NCBI GenBank assembly: GCA_964617475.1
Contig: CAZTYM010000001.1
Location: forward strand, 35,339-99,338
From: an uncultured Thiotrichales bacterium
Lineage (GTDB): Bacteria; Pseudomonadota; Gammaproteobacteria; GCA-2400775
DNA: 64,000 nt
Direction of reading: 5' to 3'
Positions within the stretch are counted from its first letter, which is position 1. Each line of letters opens with the position of its first letter. Positions 18,794-28,637 of the stretch are shown here, piece after piece. A program made the translations under genes and the position numbers. The notes beneath the pieces are model-generated. The model saw only the letters and a list, made by a program, of their open reading frames with translations, made no database searches and was not told where the DNA came from.

Positions 18794-18841
18794 TGAATAA
18801 TAATCGATTTATTAAACTCAGACGCTTATCAAATAGGTGTA

Positions 18842-19267
18842 TCAGTCGCCTAAGACTTGCTTGATTTTTTGCTCTAATTCTTCTGTAGAAAAGCTGCCTT
18901 TAACAAGGTAGCTTTTCACATAGTCGTAAGCGGCTATTTTTAATTTATCGTCTTCACGCTCAGAAGATGTAAACATCATGACAACGCTCGCTTCCATATG
19001 GTTGGGTTCCCGAATGGTCGCAAATTCTTCAAGGAACTCGAAACCATTGAGAAGTGGCATATTGATATCAAGAAACAATATCACTGGTGGAAAATCATCT
19101 GGATATTTGTTTCTATTTGCTTCGTAGTCGGTTAAAAAATCAATTGCGCTTTGACCATTATTCTTTTCAAAAACAGTTACTTTGAGTGAGGTCTCACCAA
19201 GTTGGCGCTTAAGGAGATAACGATCTTCATCACTATCATCGATAATAAGTACGGAAATATTTTTCAT
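18842..19267 (-). CDS. Single-domain response regulator (REC only, 141 aa)
   Basis: REC motifs are present (LIIDDSDED, phospho-acceptor D in LFLDINMP, Lys near the C-terminus). It overlaps the upstream kinase gene by 4 nt. Confidence 0.85.
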   Translation of the reverse strand: MKNISVLIIDDSDEDRYLLKRQLGETSLKVTVFEKNNGQSAIDFLTDYEANRNKYPDDFPPVILFLDINMPLLNGFEFLEEFATIREPNHMEASVVMMFTSSEREDDKLKIAAYDYVKSYLVKGSFSTEELEQKIKQVLGD

Positions 19268-20742
19268 GGTTTTGCCATATTTTCCTTAGAGATACTAATT
19301 GTAATACAGGTTCCTTTATTAGAGCTATCGACTTCTATGCTACCTTGAAAATAATCAATATGTTTTTTTACGATGGACATTCCCAGACCAGATCCTGAGT
19401 TGACATCAGGGTGAAAGCGTTTAAACATTTGGAATAAATCAGCGTGATATTTCTCAGGTATGCCTAAACCATTATCTTTGACTGTTATATATAAGGTGTT
19501 GTTTTGATCAAATATTTTCACAGATACATAGGGCGAGTCTTTTTTTGGATCTCTATATTTGATGCTATTTGAAATCAAATTTTCAATTATTTGACTGAAG
19601 CGTACCGGAACTGACACAACAGGTTCTTTTAAGTTTATTTCGATGTCTACGTTACATGCTTCTTGCTTTGCAATATGTTTTATTTTTTCTTTAGCATCTT
19701 TAGAGATTTCTTCAAAATTCACTATTTCATTTTTTTCATTGCTTAGATCAGCTTTTGCTAAGGAAAGAATGTCTACAACGAATCTTTCCAGTTTTTCCAG
19801 TTGTTGATAAATTTTTTTAGAGTTATTTTTTGCTTCCTCAAGGTTGCCAGCGTCAATATCAACTGAAACATAGTGGGCAAACATTTTTGAGGTAGTTAAA
19901 GGTGATTTGAGGTCGTGAGAAGCTCGATAGGCAAATTGGCTGAGTTCGTCATTGGCATATTGCAGTGATGCCGTTTTTTCCGAAACAATTCTTTGTAGTT
20001 CCTTGTTTGTTTCTATATTGAGTAGATCTTTTTCAATACTTTTCTTCGCGACAATCATTAACTCTTTGAGCTCACCACTGGTCTGGTCTTCAAGACTGGT
20101 ATATTTATCGGACGTAGATCTTTTGTTTGATAACAGCTCAATCAAGTTTTTTATTGAGTCCGAAATGGTTTGCGATAAATATGAAATAAAAATGATATTG
20201 AATAAAGAAATCACAACAATCAGGGGAATCATTGTTTTTAAAATAAATGAAACCGTATTGGTGATGGGTGCCTCAAACTCTGTAGAGTTGGCACTAAATT
20301 GCTTTGACGCTTCCGATAATTCCGCGGCCAGTTCGTCTATTGAAATTCCATCAGAATCATATTTATTGAGAGCTGTCAGAGCGCGGTTAGCGTCTCGGAT
20401 GTCTTTTTCACAAAGATCTAGCGCGTAGTAAGTACCAATCTGTCTCATTATAAATTTATCTAATAGATTGACTTGTTCGAGGCATGCTACTGGTTGGTCC
20501 TTTACCAGATTAATCGTTTCTTCAATATGGTTTAGATCGAATTCTTCACCGTTTTTTACGCTGTTGACCAGTTCTGAAAATTCGGCGTTATATTTTAGGT
20601 GTAACGAGTTGAGTTGGTGAAATGTTGCGCCTTTAGAGATTTGGAATGCGGCAAATATAGTGATGCTAATTTCGACTATAGTGAGTATGACGATAAGTAG
20701 AAGTTTTTTTCTAATATTCATAGAAATAGTGAAAATCCCCAA
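19264..20742 (-). CDS. Membrane sensor histidine kinase: TM1, ~150-aa helical extracytoplasmic sensor, TM2, HisKA and HATPase_c
   Basis: It has an H-box (FAYRASHDLKSPL) and an ATPase domain with N, G1 and G2 boxes (DNGLGI, GSGLGMSI). Two hydrophobic segments are present. The coding sequence is visibly more AT-rich than the flanking flagellar genes. The likely start is MNIRKK at 20721. Confidence 0.85.
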   Translation of the reverse strand: MGIFTISMNIRKKLLLIVILTIVEISITIFAAFQISKGATFHQLNSLHLKYNAEFSELVNSVKNGEEFDLNHIEETINLVKDQPVACLEQVNLLDKFIMRQIGTYYALDLCEKDIRDANRALTALNKYDSDGISIDELAAELSEASKQFSANSTEFEAPITNTVSFILKTMIPLIVVISLFNIIFISYLSQTISDSIKNLIELLSNKRSTSDKYTSLEDQTSGELKELMIVAKKSIEKDLLNIETNKELQRIVSEKTASLQYANDELSQFAYRASHDLKSPLTTSKMFAHYVSVDIDAGNLEEAKNNSKKIYQQLEKLERFVVDILSLAKADLSNEKNEIVNFEEISKDAKEKIKHIAKQEACNVDIEINLKEPVVSVPVRFSQIIENLISNSIKYRDPKKDSPYVSVKIFDQNNTLYITVKDNGLGIPEKYHADLFQMFKRFHPDVNSGSGLGMSIVKKHIDYFQGSIEVDSSNKGTCITISISKENMAKP

Positions 20743-20959
20743 ATTATTACTGATTTAGTCGGAGCTTAACCTAGTTTAAAGGGGTTTGAAAACGAGTATC
20801 GGTATGCTCGAAATCTTGCTTTAGCTATCGGCAAGCTAACGTCATTTCTCCCCAATCATTTCTCTATCCAGCCGTCAATAAGCTGACTTTTCGTGTCATG
20901 TGCAACAGTCGTGGTTTTTTAAGTATTTGAATCACAAGGAAAATAAATTGATCTGTCCG

Positions 20960-20975
20960 TGGCATAGCTTTTGCT
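20960..20975 (+). promoter_or_regulatory. Sigma-54 promoter for fliLMNOPQR-flhB
   Basis: TGGCAT (20960-20965), five intervening nucleotides and TTGCT (20971-20975) match the consensus. It lies 43 nt upstream of the fliL ATG. Confidence 0.65.
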
Positions 20976-21017
20976 AAACCTGTAGCAACTGGTAATCCAA
21001 AGAAAGGAACTAAGCTA

Positions 21018-21533
21018 ATGGCTGAAGAAAAAGAGGAAAAGAAGGGTGGTGGAATGAAAATCGTGATGATCGTTTTAGTCGTCTTGATCGTTGCGGGTGG
21101 CAGTACATTTGCCGGTCTCTATTTTGGTGGATTCTTTGAAGCTACAGAGGAAGGCGCAGGTGAAGAAGAAGCCCAAGAAGAAGTTGCGCAAGCAAAGGCA
21201 CCGGCAATTTACGTCGCGCTAGACCCTCCATTTGTAGTGAATTTCTCAGATCCAGACGCTAAATCTAGATTCCTTCAAATTAACGGCTCGATTTTAACCA
21301 GAGATCCAGTAGTTGAAACTGAAATTACCACTCACATTACGGCAATTAGAAGCAAGTTAAGTATCTTATTTAGCACGCAAAAAGAAGCTGCACTCAAAAC
21401 AGTTGAAGGTCAGGAACAATTGGCTACAGATGCTGTTCAGGTAGTGAGAAAAATTATATCGGATGAAACTGGTAAGGCCGAAGAGGATACCGGCGTCGAA
21501 GAGTTTTTAATTACCGGCATGGTAATGCAATAA
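21018..21533 (+). CDS. fliL: Flagellar basal-body-associated protein FliL
   Basis: It has a Lys/Glu-rich N-terminus, a single TM segment (IVMIVLVVLIVAGG) and a FliL-like C-terminal domain. Confidence 0.8.
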   Translation: MAEEKEEKKGGGMKIVMIVLVVLIVAGGSTFAGLYFGGFFEATEEGAGEEEAQEEVAQAKAPAIYVALDPPFVVNFSDPDAKSRFLQINGSILTRDPVVETEITTHITAIRSKLSILFSTQKEAALKTVEGQEQLATDAVQVVRKIISDETGKAEEDTGVEEFLITGMVMQ

Positions 21534-21561
21534 GGCTAATCTATAACAAGAGCAACTAAAC

Positions 21562-22566
21562 GTGGATGATTTACTTTCACAAGACGAAATTGATGCCCTT
21601 TTAAACGGTGTAGACGGGGGTGACGTTGATACGGATTCTGACGTCCCCGAAGATCCAAGTATTGCGAGGGGATACGACTTTAATAGTCAAGATCGCATTG
21701 TTCGCGGTCGTATGCCCACTTTGGAAATGATTAATGAGCGCTTCGCGCGTAATTTTCGATTAAGTCTTTTCAATGTGTTGCGACGTTCCGCAGAGATTGC
21801 GGTGAGTGGTGTGCAGATGCTCAAATTTTCTGAATATATGCATACGCTTTTTGTTCCTACCAGTTTGAATATGACGCGTGTTCATCCACTGAAGGGTACT
21901 GCTTTGGTGTTGTTTGACCCCAAGCTGGTATTTACATTGGTTGATAATTTCTTTGGCGGTGATGGCAGATGGCACGCCAAAATTGAAGGACGAGAATTTA
22001 CTACGACAGAGTTACGAATCTTAAATATCATTCTTGAAGAAGCTTATAAGAATATTGTTGAAGCTTGGAATCCAGTAATGCCAATCGACCTCGAGTTCGT
22101 TAACTCGGAAGTCAATCCGCAATTCGCCAATATTGTCAGTCCCTCTGAAATCGTAGTCGTTTCTATTTTTCACATCGAGCTGGAAGGCGGGGGAGGTGAT
22201 TTTCACGTCACGATGCCTTACTCAATGCTTGAGCCAATTCGTGAGCTACTTGATGCTGGTATTCAAAGTGATACTGATGAAAAAGATGAACGTTGGCAGC
22301 ATTCTCTTAAGCATGAAATTATGGAAGCACCTGTCGAGTTAATAACCAATTTTGCTGAGTTTGAAATTGGTGTACGTGAAGTAATGAATTTCAAAGAAGG
22401 TGATGTCATTCCAATTGATTCACCGACTGAGCTTACTGCGACTATAGAGGAAATACCTGTGCTGCGCGGCAACTATGGTTGGTCAGGTGGAAACAACGCA
22501 TTGAAGGTTACTGAGAAAATTAATCCTTCGCCAAAAATGTTGGCGATGATTCCGGGAGAAGAATAA
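21562..22566 (+). CDS. fliM: Flagellar motor switch protein FliM
   Basis: The N-terminal CheY-P binding motif LSQDEIDALL is present, and the middle domain is CheC-like. Confidence 0.92.
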   Translation: MDDLLSQDEIDALLNGVDGGDVDTDSDVPEDPSIARGYDFNSQDRIVRGRMPTLEMINERFARNFRLSLFNVLRRSAEIAVSGVQMLKFSEYMHTLFVPTSLNMTRVHPLKGTALVLFDPKLVFTLVDNFFGGDGRWHAKIEGREFTTTELRILNIILEEAYKNIVEAWNPVMPIDLEFVNSEVNPQFANIVSPSEIVVVSIFHIELEGGGGDFHVTMPYSMLEPIRELLDAGIQSDTDEKDERWQHSLKHEIMEAPVELITNFAEFEIGVREVMNFKEGDVIPIDSPTELTATIEEIPVLRGNYGWSGGNNALKVTEKINPSPKMLAMIPGEE

Positions 22567-23075
22567 TGACTGACCCAGTCGATGGCGAAGATATAAGCCA
22601 AGATGATGTTGATAGTCTGTTAAACAATGACGCAGAAGCAGCAGGTGATGCTGCAGATGCTAATGATGCTGCCAGTAGTGATGCCGACGCAATGGACGCA
22701 TGGGGCGCTGCTCTAGAAGAGCAAGCGGAAGCAGAAGGTGGTGGAGAAGCTGAAGTTCCTGCAGAAACCGTGGCCTTTGATAGCTTGAATGCTTCTTCTC
22801 AAGGCCTTGATGGTGAAGTCAATCTAGATATGGTGTTGGATATTCCGGTCACCATCGCGATGGAGTTAGGAAGAACACAAATCAGTATTCGTAATTTGCT
22901 GCAGTTGAACCAAGGATCTGTCGTTGAACTTGATCGTTTAGCAGGTGAACCAATGGATGTTCGCGTCAATGGTACCTTGATCGCTAGAGGCGAAGTCGTT
23001 GTTGTTAACGATAAATTCGGTATTCGCTTAACTGATGTGATCAGTGCTGCTGAGCGTATTAAAAACCTCAAATAG
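22566..23075 (+). CDS. fliN: Flagellar motor switch protein FliN
   Basis: The C-terminal SpoA/FliN domain is present (PVTIAMELGRTQISIRNLLQLNQGSVVELD). The N-terminus is acidic. Confidence 0.9.
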   Translation: MTDPVDGEDISQDDVDSLLNNDAEAAGDAADANDAASSDADAMDAWGAALEEQAEAEGGGEAEVPAETVAFDSLNASSQGLDGEVNLDMVLDIPVTIAMELGRTQISIRNLLQLNQGSVVELDRLAGEPMDVRVNGTLIARGEVVVVNDKFGIRLTDVISAAERIKNLK

Positions 23076-23110
23076 CTGTAGTGTTATAACGTGATTTACA
23101 CAAAATAATA

Positions 23111-23557
23111 ATGATAAGTAATTTTGTAAAACTTGCCGTAGTCACTAATTTGTTCATAACAAGTGATGCAATAGCAGAAGAAAGATTACAACAAGCAAGC
23201 GCTAATGCTGCGCAAGTCGACCCATTATCAATGAGTAACATTTTACAAATGGCGGCCGGCTTGGCTTTTGTTGTATTACTTATTTTTCTTCTTGGATGGT
23301 TTTACCGTCGTTTTGGCTCACCAAAAACACTACACAATGGCGACTTTAGAATCGTGGCCGGCTTATCTATGGGGCAACGCGAACGCGTTGTCATGTTAGA
23401 AGTAGGTAAAAAGCAAATATTGCTCGGTGTCGGCCCTGGTCATGTCGAGAAAATACATGTTTTTGATGAACCGGTAATTAAGACTAGCGATACAGGTATA
23501 GCGGATAGCTTTGCGGAGCGCTTGACATCAGTAATTAAGCAACGAGCTCAGCAATGA
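23111..23557 (+). CDS. fliO: Flagellar biosynthesis protein FliO
   Basis: It is a small single-TM protein positioned between fliN and fliP. Confidence 0.65.
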   Translation: MISNFVKLAVVTNLFITSDAIAEERLQQASANAAQVDPLSMSNILQMAAGLAFVVLLIFLLGWFYRRFGSPKTLHNGDFRIVAGLSMGQRERVVMLEVGKKQILLGVGPGHVEKIHVFDEPVIKTSDTGIADSFAERLTSVIKQRAQQ

Positions 23558-24294
23558 TTCGGCTGTTAGTATCATTACTGCTAGTAATGGCCCCAATATG
23601 GTCGGCGAGTGCGGCACCAGGCTTAGACGCTATCTCTGTTACCACCAGTCCTGACGGAGAGGAAACCTATACCGTAACGCTACAAGTCTTATTGTTAATG
23701 ACGTTGCTGAGCTTATTGCCAGCAGCATTATTAATGATGACTTCGTTTACTCGGATTATTATTGTTCTTGCTTTGCTAAGAACGGCTATGGGCACAGCGC
23801 AGACACCGACTACGCAAGTGTTAATTGGTATAGCGTTGTTTCTTACCTTTTTTATCATGGCTCCAATCTTCGAGCAGGTCTATGACGATGCGGTTAGTCC
23901 TTATCTAGCGGAAGAACTATCAGCACCAGACGCGCTACAAGCCGCTAGTAAACCATTTCGTACATTTATGATGAATCAAGTACGAGATAGCGATTTACAG
24001 TTATTTTCCGATTTGTCAGGTACAGACGGTTTTGATTCTGTAGATGATGTTCCGTTATCACTACTCATGCCAGCATTTGTGACGAGCGAAATTAAAACCG
24101 GCTTCCAAATCGGTTTTCTAATATTTATCCCCTTTTTAGTTATTGATTTAGTAGTGGCTAGTGCACTCATGTCTATGGGAATGGTGTTTCTTTCGCCCAT
24201 TATTATTTCACTGCCCTTCAAAATCATGTTGTTTGTATTGGTAGATGGCTGGGTACTGCTTGTTGGCACCTTGGCTTCCAGCTTTTATGTATAG
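23554..24294 (+). CDS. fliP: Flagellar export apparatus protein FliP
   Basis: A signal peptide is followed by four TM segments, with conserved motifs such as LLSLLPAALLMMTSFTRIIIVL. Confidence 0.92.
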   Translation: MIRLLVSLLLVMAPIWSASAAPGLDAISVTTSPDGEETYTVTLQVLLLMTLLSLLPAALLMMTSFTRIIIVLALLRTAMGTAQTPTTQVLIGIALFLTFFIMAPIFEQVYDDAVSPYLAEELSAPDALQAASKPFRTFMMNQVRDSDLQLFSDLSGTDGFDSVDDVPLSLLMPAFVTSEIKTGFQIGFLIFIPFLVIDLVVASALMSMGMVFLSPIIISLPFKIMLFVLVDGWVLLVGTLASSFYV

Positions 24295-24304
24295 GTGAGC
24301 GACT

Positions 24305-24574
24305 ATGACGCACGAAACGATATTGGCAATTGGTGGCAGAGCAATTGAACTGACTATTCTAATTAGTAGTGTGTTGCTGATCCCTGCGCTTATCGTTGGT
24401 TTGATTGTGAGTGTGTTTCAGGCCGCAACGCAGGTTAATGAGATGACGCTTACCTTTGTGCCGAAGTTGATTGTTATTTTTGGTTTGTTAATTGTTCTTG
24501 GGCCATGGATTTTGATACAGATGACGGGTTTTGCAGAAAACCTGATCCTAGAGATTCCAAGCATTATTGGTTAG
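24305..24574 (+). CDS. fliQ: Flagellar export apparatus protein FliQ
   Basis: It is an 89-aa protein with two TM segments. Confidence 0.9.
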   Translation: MTHETILAIGGRAIELTILISSVLLIPALIVGLIVSVFQAATQVNEMTLTFVPKLIVIFGLLIVLGPWILIQMTGFAENLILEIPSIIG

Positions 24575-24586
24575 CGAAGATTTGCT

Positions 24587-25372
24587 ATGACGATTAGTGA
24601 CGAACAAATCATGTTATGGATAGGTTCGTTTCTATGGCCTCTTATTCGCATTGGCGCGATGTTAAGTATTGCCCCATTAGTTAGCTCAAGACAGCTTTCT
24701 GCACGTGTTCGAGTAGCCTTGGCATTTCTTCTGGCATTAGCCGTAAGTCCCACTATTAAGCAAGACACCAGTATCGATCCATTTGGTATTGATACATGGC
24801 TAGTGATTGCAAACCAAATTGTCATCGGTTTGGCCATGGGCTTGGTGCTACGTATAGTATTTACTACATTGGAAACAGCGGGGCACTTAATTGGGATATT
24901 GAGTGGCTTAGGGTTTGCGCAATTCGTTGATCCTAATAGCGGTGTACCCACTCCAGCTATTGGGCGCTTTTATACCATTATTGGATCATTGATCTTTCTG
25001 GCACTTAATGGCCATATCATTTTAATTCTCGTCGTGGCAGAAAGCTTTAACGTTATGCCGATAGGGCTAAACGGACTTAGCCCAAACAGCATATGGCAAA
25101 TGCTTGAGTGGGCAACTTTGATGTTTGCCGGTGGGGTGCTCATTGCATTGCCAGCAGTAGCAGCGATGTTACTTGTTAATGTTGGCTTTGGTGTGATGAC
25201 GCGTTCTGCTCCGCAATTTAATATTTTTAGCGTCGGTTTTGCCATCACAATCGCATTGGGTTTCATCGTCGTTTTGTTTTCACTTCCTTATATGGGTGAT
25301 CAATTTGTCAAGTTGTTAGATCAAGGTTTTGATCAAATAGACAACTTCGAACTTGCCGGGGGGCGACCTTAA
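24587..25372 (+). CDS. fliR: Flagellar export apparatus protein FliR
   Basis: It is a 261-aa polytopic membrane protein positioned between fliQ and flhB. Confidence 0.88.
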   Translation: MTISDEQIMLWIGSFLWPLIRIGAMLSIAPLVSSRQLSARVRVALAFLLALAVSPTIKQDTSIDPFGIDTWLVIANQIVIGLAMGLVLRIVFTTLETAGHLIGILSGLGFAQFVDPNSGVPTPAIGRFYTIIGSLIFLALNGHIILILVVAESFNVMPIGLNGLSPNSIWQMLEWATLMFAGGVLIALPAVAAMLLVNVGFGVMTRSAPQFNIFSVGFAITIALGFIVVLFSLPYMGDQFVKLLDQGFDQIDNFELAGGRP

Positions 25373-26496
25373 TGGCCGAAGAAACCGGACAAGAACGGAC
25401 AGAAGAGGCGACCCCGAAGAAAAAATCGGAGGCCGCCAAAAAGGGTCAGGTAGCGCGTTCCAGAGAGTTAACAACTCTAGCTATGTTGCTCGGTGCGGCA
25501 AGCACATTGATATTAATGGGTGATCATATATCTGAGAGTATGTTAGCTCTGATGAAACAAGGGTGGACAATTCCTCGTTCACATGCCTTTGACACCGTAT
25601 TAATGACCAAAACACTGTATGACCAGGTTCAAACAGGTTTATTAATCTTAGTGCCTCTTTTTATTGTTATGGTCTTTATGGCAGCAATTTCTTCTGTCGC
25701 CGTAGGTGGTTTGGGTTTCAGCTTCGAAGCGGCACAATTTAAAGCCGAGAAAATCAACCCTCTAGCTGGTTTTAAAAGAATGTTTGGTGTGCAGGCGTTA
25801 ATGGAGCTGCTGAAATCGCTGGCAAAAGCATCATTGGTTGGTTCCGTGCTGGTAACCCTTTTGTGGTTTAACCTCGATTGGATTATTGGGCTGACATCGC
25901 TAGATCTCACTACCGGTATGGGTGTAGCGATAGACTTTGTTATCTGGGGCTTTGTGTTTCTGTCCTCTAGTCTAATTATCGTCGCTTTGATTGATATTCC
26001 GTTTCAAATATGGAATCACGCTAAACAACTACGTATGACTTTGCAAGAGGTCAAAGATGAAAATAAAGACACCTTAGGTAATCCTGAAATTAAAAATCGA
26101 TTGCGTCAATTACAAGTTGAAGTCGCCACTAGACGCATGATGGAAGCAGTGCCTGAAGCCGATGTTATTGTCACTAACCCAACTCACTATGCGGTGGCCT
26201 TACGTTACGATCAGGAAAAAATGGCCTCACCAATTGTAGTGGCAAAAGGCGCAGATTTGATCGCTATGCATATTCGCCGTATTGGTGATGCTCATAATGT
26301 GACACGAATAGAAGCGCCACCTTTAGCACGTGCACTTTTCTATAGTACCGAAATTGATCAGCCTATTCCTCGTGGCCTATTTATGGCTGTGGCGCAGCTT
26401 TTGGCTTATGTCTATCAATTGAAGCGTAATCCGCGTCAGAAGAAAAATACACCCTTGCCAGATTTTCCAATACCGGATGAACATAAACACGACTAG
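25372..26496 (+). CDS. flhB: Flagellar export apparatus switch protein FlhB
   Basis: The N-terminus (MAEETGQERTEEATPKKKSEAAKKGQVARSREL) is typical of FlhB. The NPTH autocleavage site is present (VIVTNPTHYAVAL). Confidence 0.92.
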   Translation: MAEETGQERTEEATPKKKSEAAKKGQVARSRELTTLAMLLGAASTLILMGDHISESMLALMKQGWTIPRSHAFDTVLMTKTLYDQVQTGLLILVPLFIVMVFMAAISSVAVGGLGFSFEAAQFKAEKINPLAGFKRMFGVQALMELLKSLAKASLVGSVLVTLLWFNLDWIIGLTSLDLTTGMGVAIDFVIWGFVFLSSSLIIVALIDIPFQIWNHAKQLRMTLQEVKDENKDTLGNPEIKNRLRQLQVEVATRRMMEAVPEADVIVTNPTHYAVALRYDQEKMASPIVVAKGADLIAMHIRRIGDAHNVTRIEAPPLARALFYSTEIDQPIPRGLFMAVAQLLAYVYQLKRNPRQKKNTPLPDFPIPDEHKHD

Positions 26497-26521
26497 AGCA
26501 TAAGTCGATGAGAGCATAATA

Positions 26522-28618
26522 ATGATTGCAGACCAATCAATAAATAATTCGACCTCCGGTCCTTCTTTTAGTAAAGCAGGTTTAGGTGCATTAATCATAC
26601 TTATTTCTATGTTGGCGATGATTGTGTTGCCATTGCCTGCGCTAGTATTAGATTTGCTTTTTACCTTCAATATATCACTTGGTATTGTGATTTTATTATC
26701 GAGTATATATACCAAGCGACCGCTTGATTTCACTATTTTTCCTACTATTATTTTGATCGCCACATTATTACGTCTCGCGCTGAATGTGGCGTCTACTCGT
26801 GTTGTATTGTTAGAAGGCCATACGGGTACCGACGCCGCAGGAAAAGTTATTCAAGCGTTTGGTGACTTTGTCGTTGGCGGTAACTATGTCGTAGGTATAG
26901 TTGTTTTCGCCATACTCGTCATTATCAACTTTGTCGTGGTTACTAAAGGTGCTGGACGCATATCTGAAGTCAGCGCGCGTTTTACATTGGATTCCATGCC
27001 TGGTAAGCAAATGGCAATTGATGCAGATTTGAATGCTGGCATTATCGATCAAGACGAAGCTAAGGAAAGACGAGAAAATATTGTTCAGGAAGCTGATTTT
27101 TATGGTTCTATGGATGGCGCGAGTAAGTTTGTTCGCGGTGATGCCATTGCAGGTATTTTAATTCTGCTGATTAATATCATCGGCGGTTTGTTAATCGGTA
27201 CCGCTCAGCACGGTTTGGATATTGGTGATGCAGCTCGTAACTATACTCTGCTAACCATTGGTGATGGCTTAGTTGCGCAAATACCTGCCTTGATTCTATC
27301 TGTTGCGGCAGCCATTACTGTCACCCGGGTTTCGTCAAGTACGGAGAGTATGGGGCAACAGGTCAATACTCAGTTATTTGAATCGCCCAAGCCACTTTAT
27401 ATTACCGCTGCTGTGCTCGGCATTATGGGCGTTATTCCTGGCATGCCTAATGTCATTTTCTTATTAATGGCCGTGGCAGTGGGTTACGGTGCTTTTTACG
27501 TGTCGCAGCGCGCTGCGAAACCCGCGCCAGTTGAAGAAGAAGTCATTACTACACCTGCGGAAAATGATTCTCCTGAAATTGGCTGGCAGGATGTTCAGCC
27601 TGTCGACGCACTTGGTTTAGAGGTCGGTTACCGATTAATTCCGTTGGTAGATAAAAATCAGGGTGGGCAGTTGCTGTCGCGCATTCGCGGCATACGTAAA
27701 AAGCTGACTCAGGAAATAGGATTTTTAATTCCACCTATTCATATACGCGACAACCTAGATTTAACGCCCAATGTCTATCGTATCAGTCTGCTTGGTGTGA
27801 CGCTGGCTGAAGCAGAGATACATCCAGAAATGGATTTAGCGATTAACCCTGGTCAGGTTTTTGGCACCTTAAATGGATTGCCAACTAAGGACCCCGCGTT
27901 CGGTCTCGAAGCAGTATGGATAGAAACGAGACAACGTGATGAAGCGCAAACCATGGGTTACACGGTTGTCGATGCCAGCACTGTGGTGGCAACGCATTTG
28001 ACTCAGGTTATTCAGTCTCACGCAGACGAGTTACTTGGTCGTGAAGAAGTACAACAGCTTCTCGATACGTTGGAGCAATCGGCACCGAAGTTAGTAGAAG
28101 AACTTATTCCTGATGTGTTGCCTATCGGGGTGGTGTCACGGGTATTGAAGAACCTATTGCAAGAGGGCGTTCCGATCCGTGATGTCAGAAGCATCGTCGA
28201 AACCTTGGCGGAGCACGGTCCTAAGAGTCAAGACCCCGCCGTATTAACGGCAATGGTACGCATCGCACTTGGCCGCTCAATTGTCCAAAGTATCAGCGGA
28301 ATCAGCCAGGAACTGGAAGTTATCACTATAGATCCCGCACTGGAACAGATATTGCAAAACTCTATGCAAGGGCCGGATCAGTCAGGTGCGGCATTAGAAC
28401 CAGGACTAGCAGACAGAATGCACCAAACACTATTTAGCATGACGCAGCGTCAAGAAGCATCGGGTAAAGCGCCTGTTGTACTGGTATCCGCTGCAATTAG
28501 GATCTTAATTGCCAGATTTGTGAAGCATTCGATTCCCAATTTGAAAGTACTTTCATATAACGAAGTACCAGATAACAAGCAAATAAAGATTGTGGCGACC
28601 GTTGGCGCCAACGCGTAA
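26522..28618 (+). CDS. flhA: Flagellar export apparatus protein FlhA
   Basis: It is 698 aa, with eight TM segments in the N-terminal half and a C-terminal cytoplasmic ring domain. Confidence 0.92.
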   Translation: MIADQSINNSTSGPSFSKAGLGALIILISMLAMIVLPLPALVLDLLFTFNISLGIVILLSSIYTKRPLDFTIFPTIILIATLLRLALNVASTRVVLLEGHTGTDAAGKVIQAFGDFVVGGNYVVGIVVFAILVIINFVVVTKGAGRISEVSARFTLDSMPGKQMAIDADLNAGIIDQDEAKERRENIVQEADFYGSMDGASKFVRGDAIAGILILLINIIGGLLIGTAQHGLDIGDAARNYTLLTIGDGLVAQIPALILSVAAAITVTRVSSSTESMGQQVNTQLFESPKPLYITAAVLGIMGVIPGMPNVIFLLMAVAVGYGAFYVSQRAAKPAPVEEEVITTPAENDSPEIGWQDVQPVDALGLEVGYRLIPLVDKNQGGQLLSRIRGIRKKLTQEIGFLIPPIHIRDNLDLTPNVYRISLLGVTLAEAEIHPEMDLAINPGQVFGTLNGLPTKDPAFGLEAVWIETRQRDEAQTMGYTVVDASTVVATHLTQVIQSHADELLGREEVQQLLDTLEQSAPKLVEELIPDVLPIGVVSRVLKNLLQEGVPIRDVRSIVETLAEHGPKSQDPAVLTAMVRIALGRSIVQSISGISQELEVITIDPALEQILQNSMQGPDQSGAALEPGLADRMHQTLFSMTQRQEASGKAPVVLVSAAIRILIARFVKHSIPNLKVLSYNEVPDNKQIKIVATVGANA

Positions 28619-28637
28619 AGGCTAGGATAAAGATTAC

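Noticed and set aside
18794-18841. Near-palindrome AATAATCGATTTATT between the convergent fliK and receiver genes as a bidirectional terminator
   Set aside because: It is AT-only and imperfect, with no GC-rich stem. It is too weak to call a terminator.
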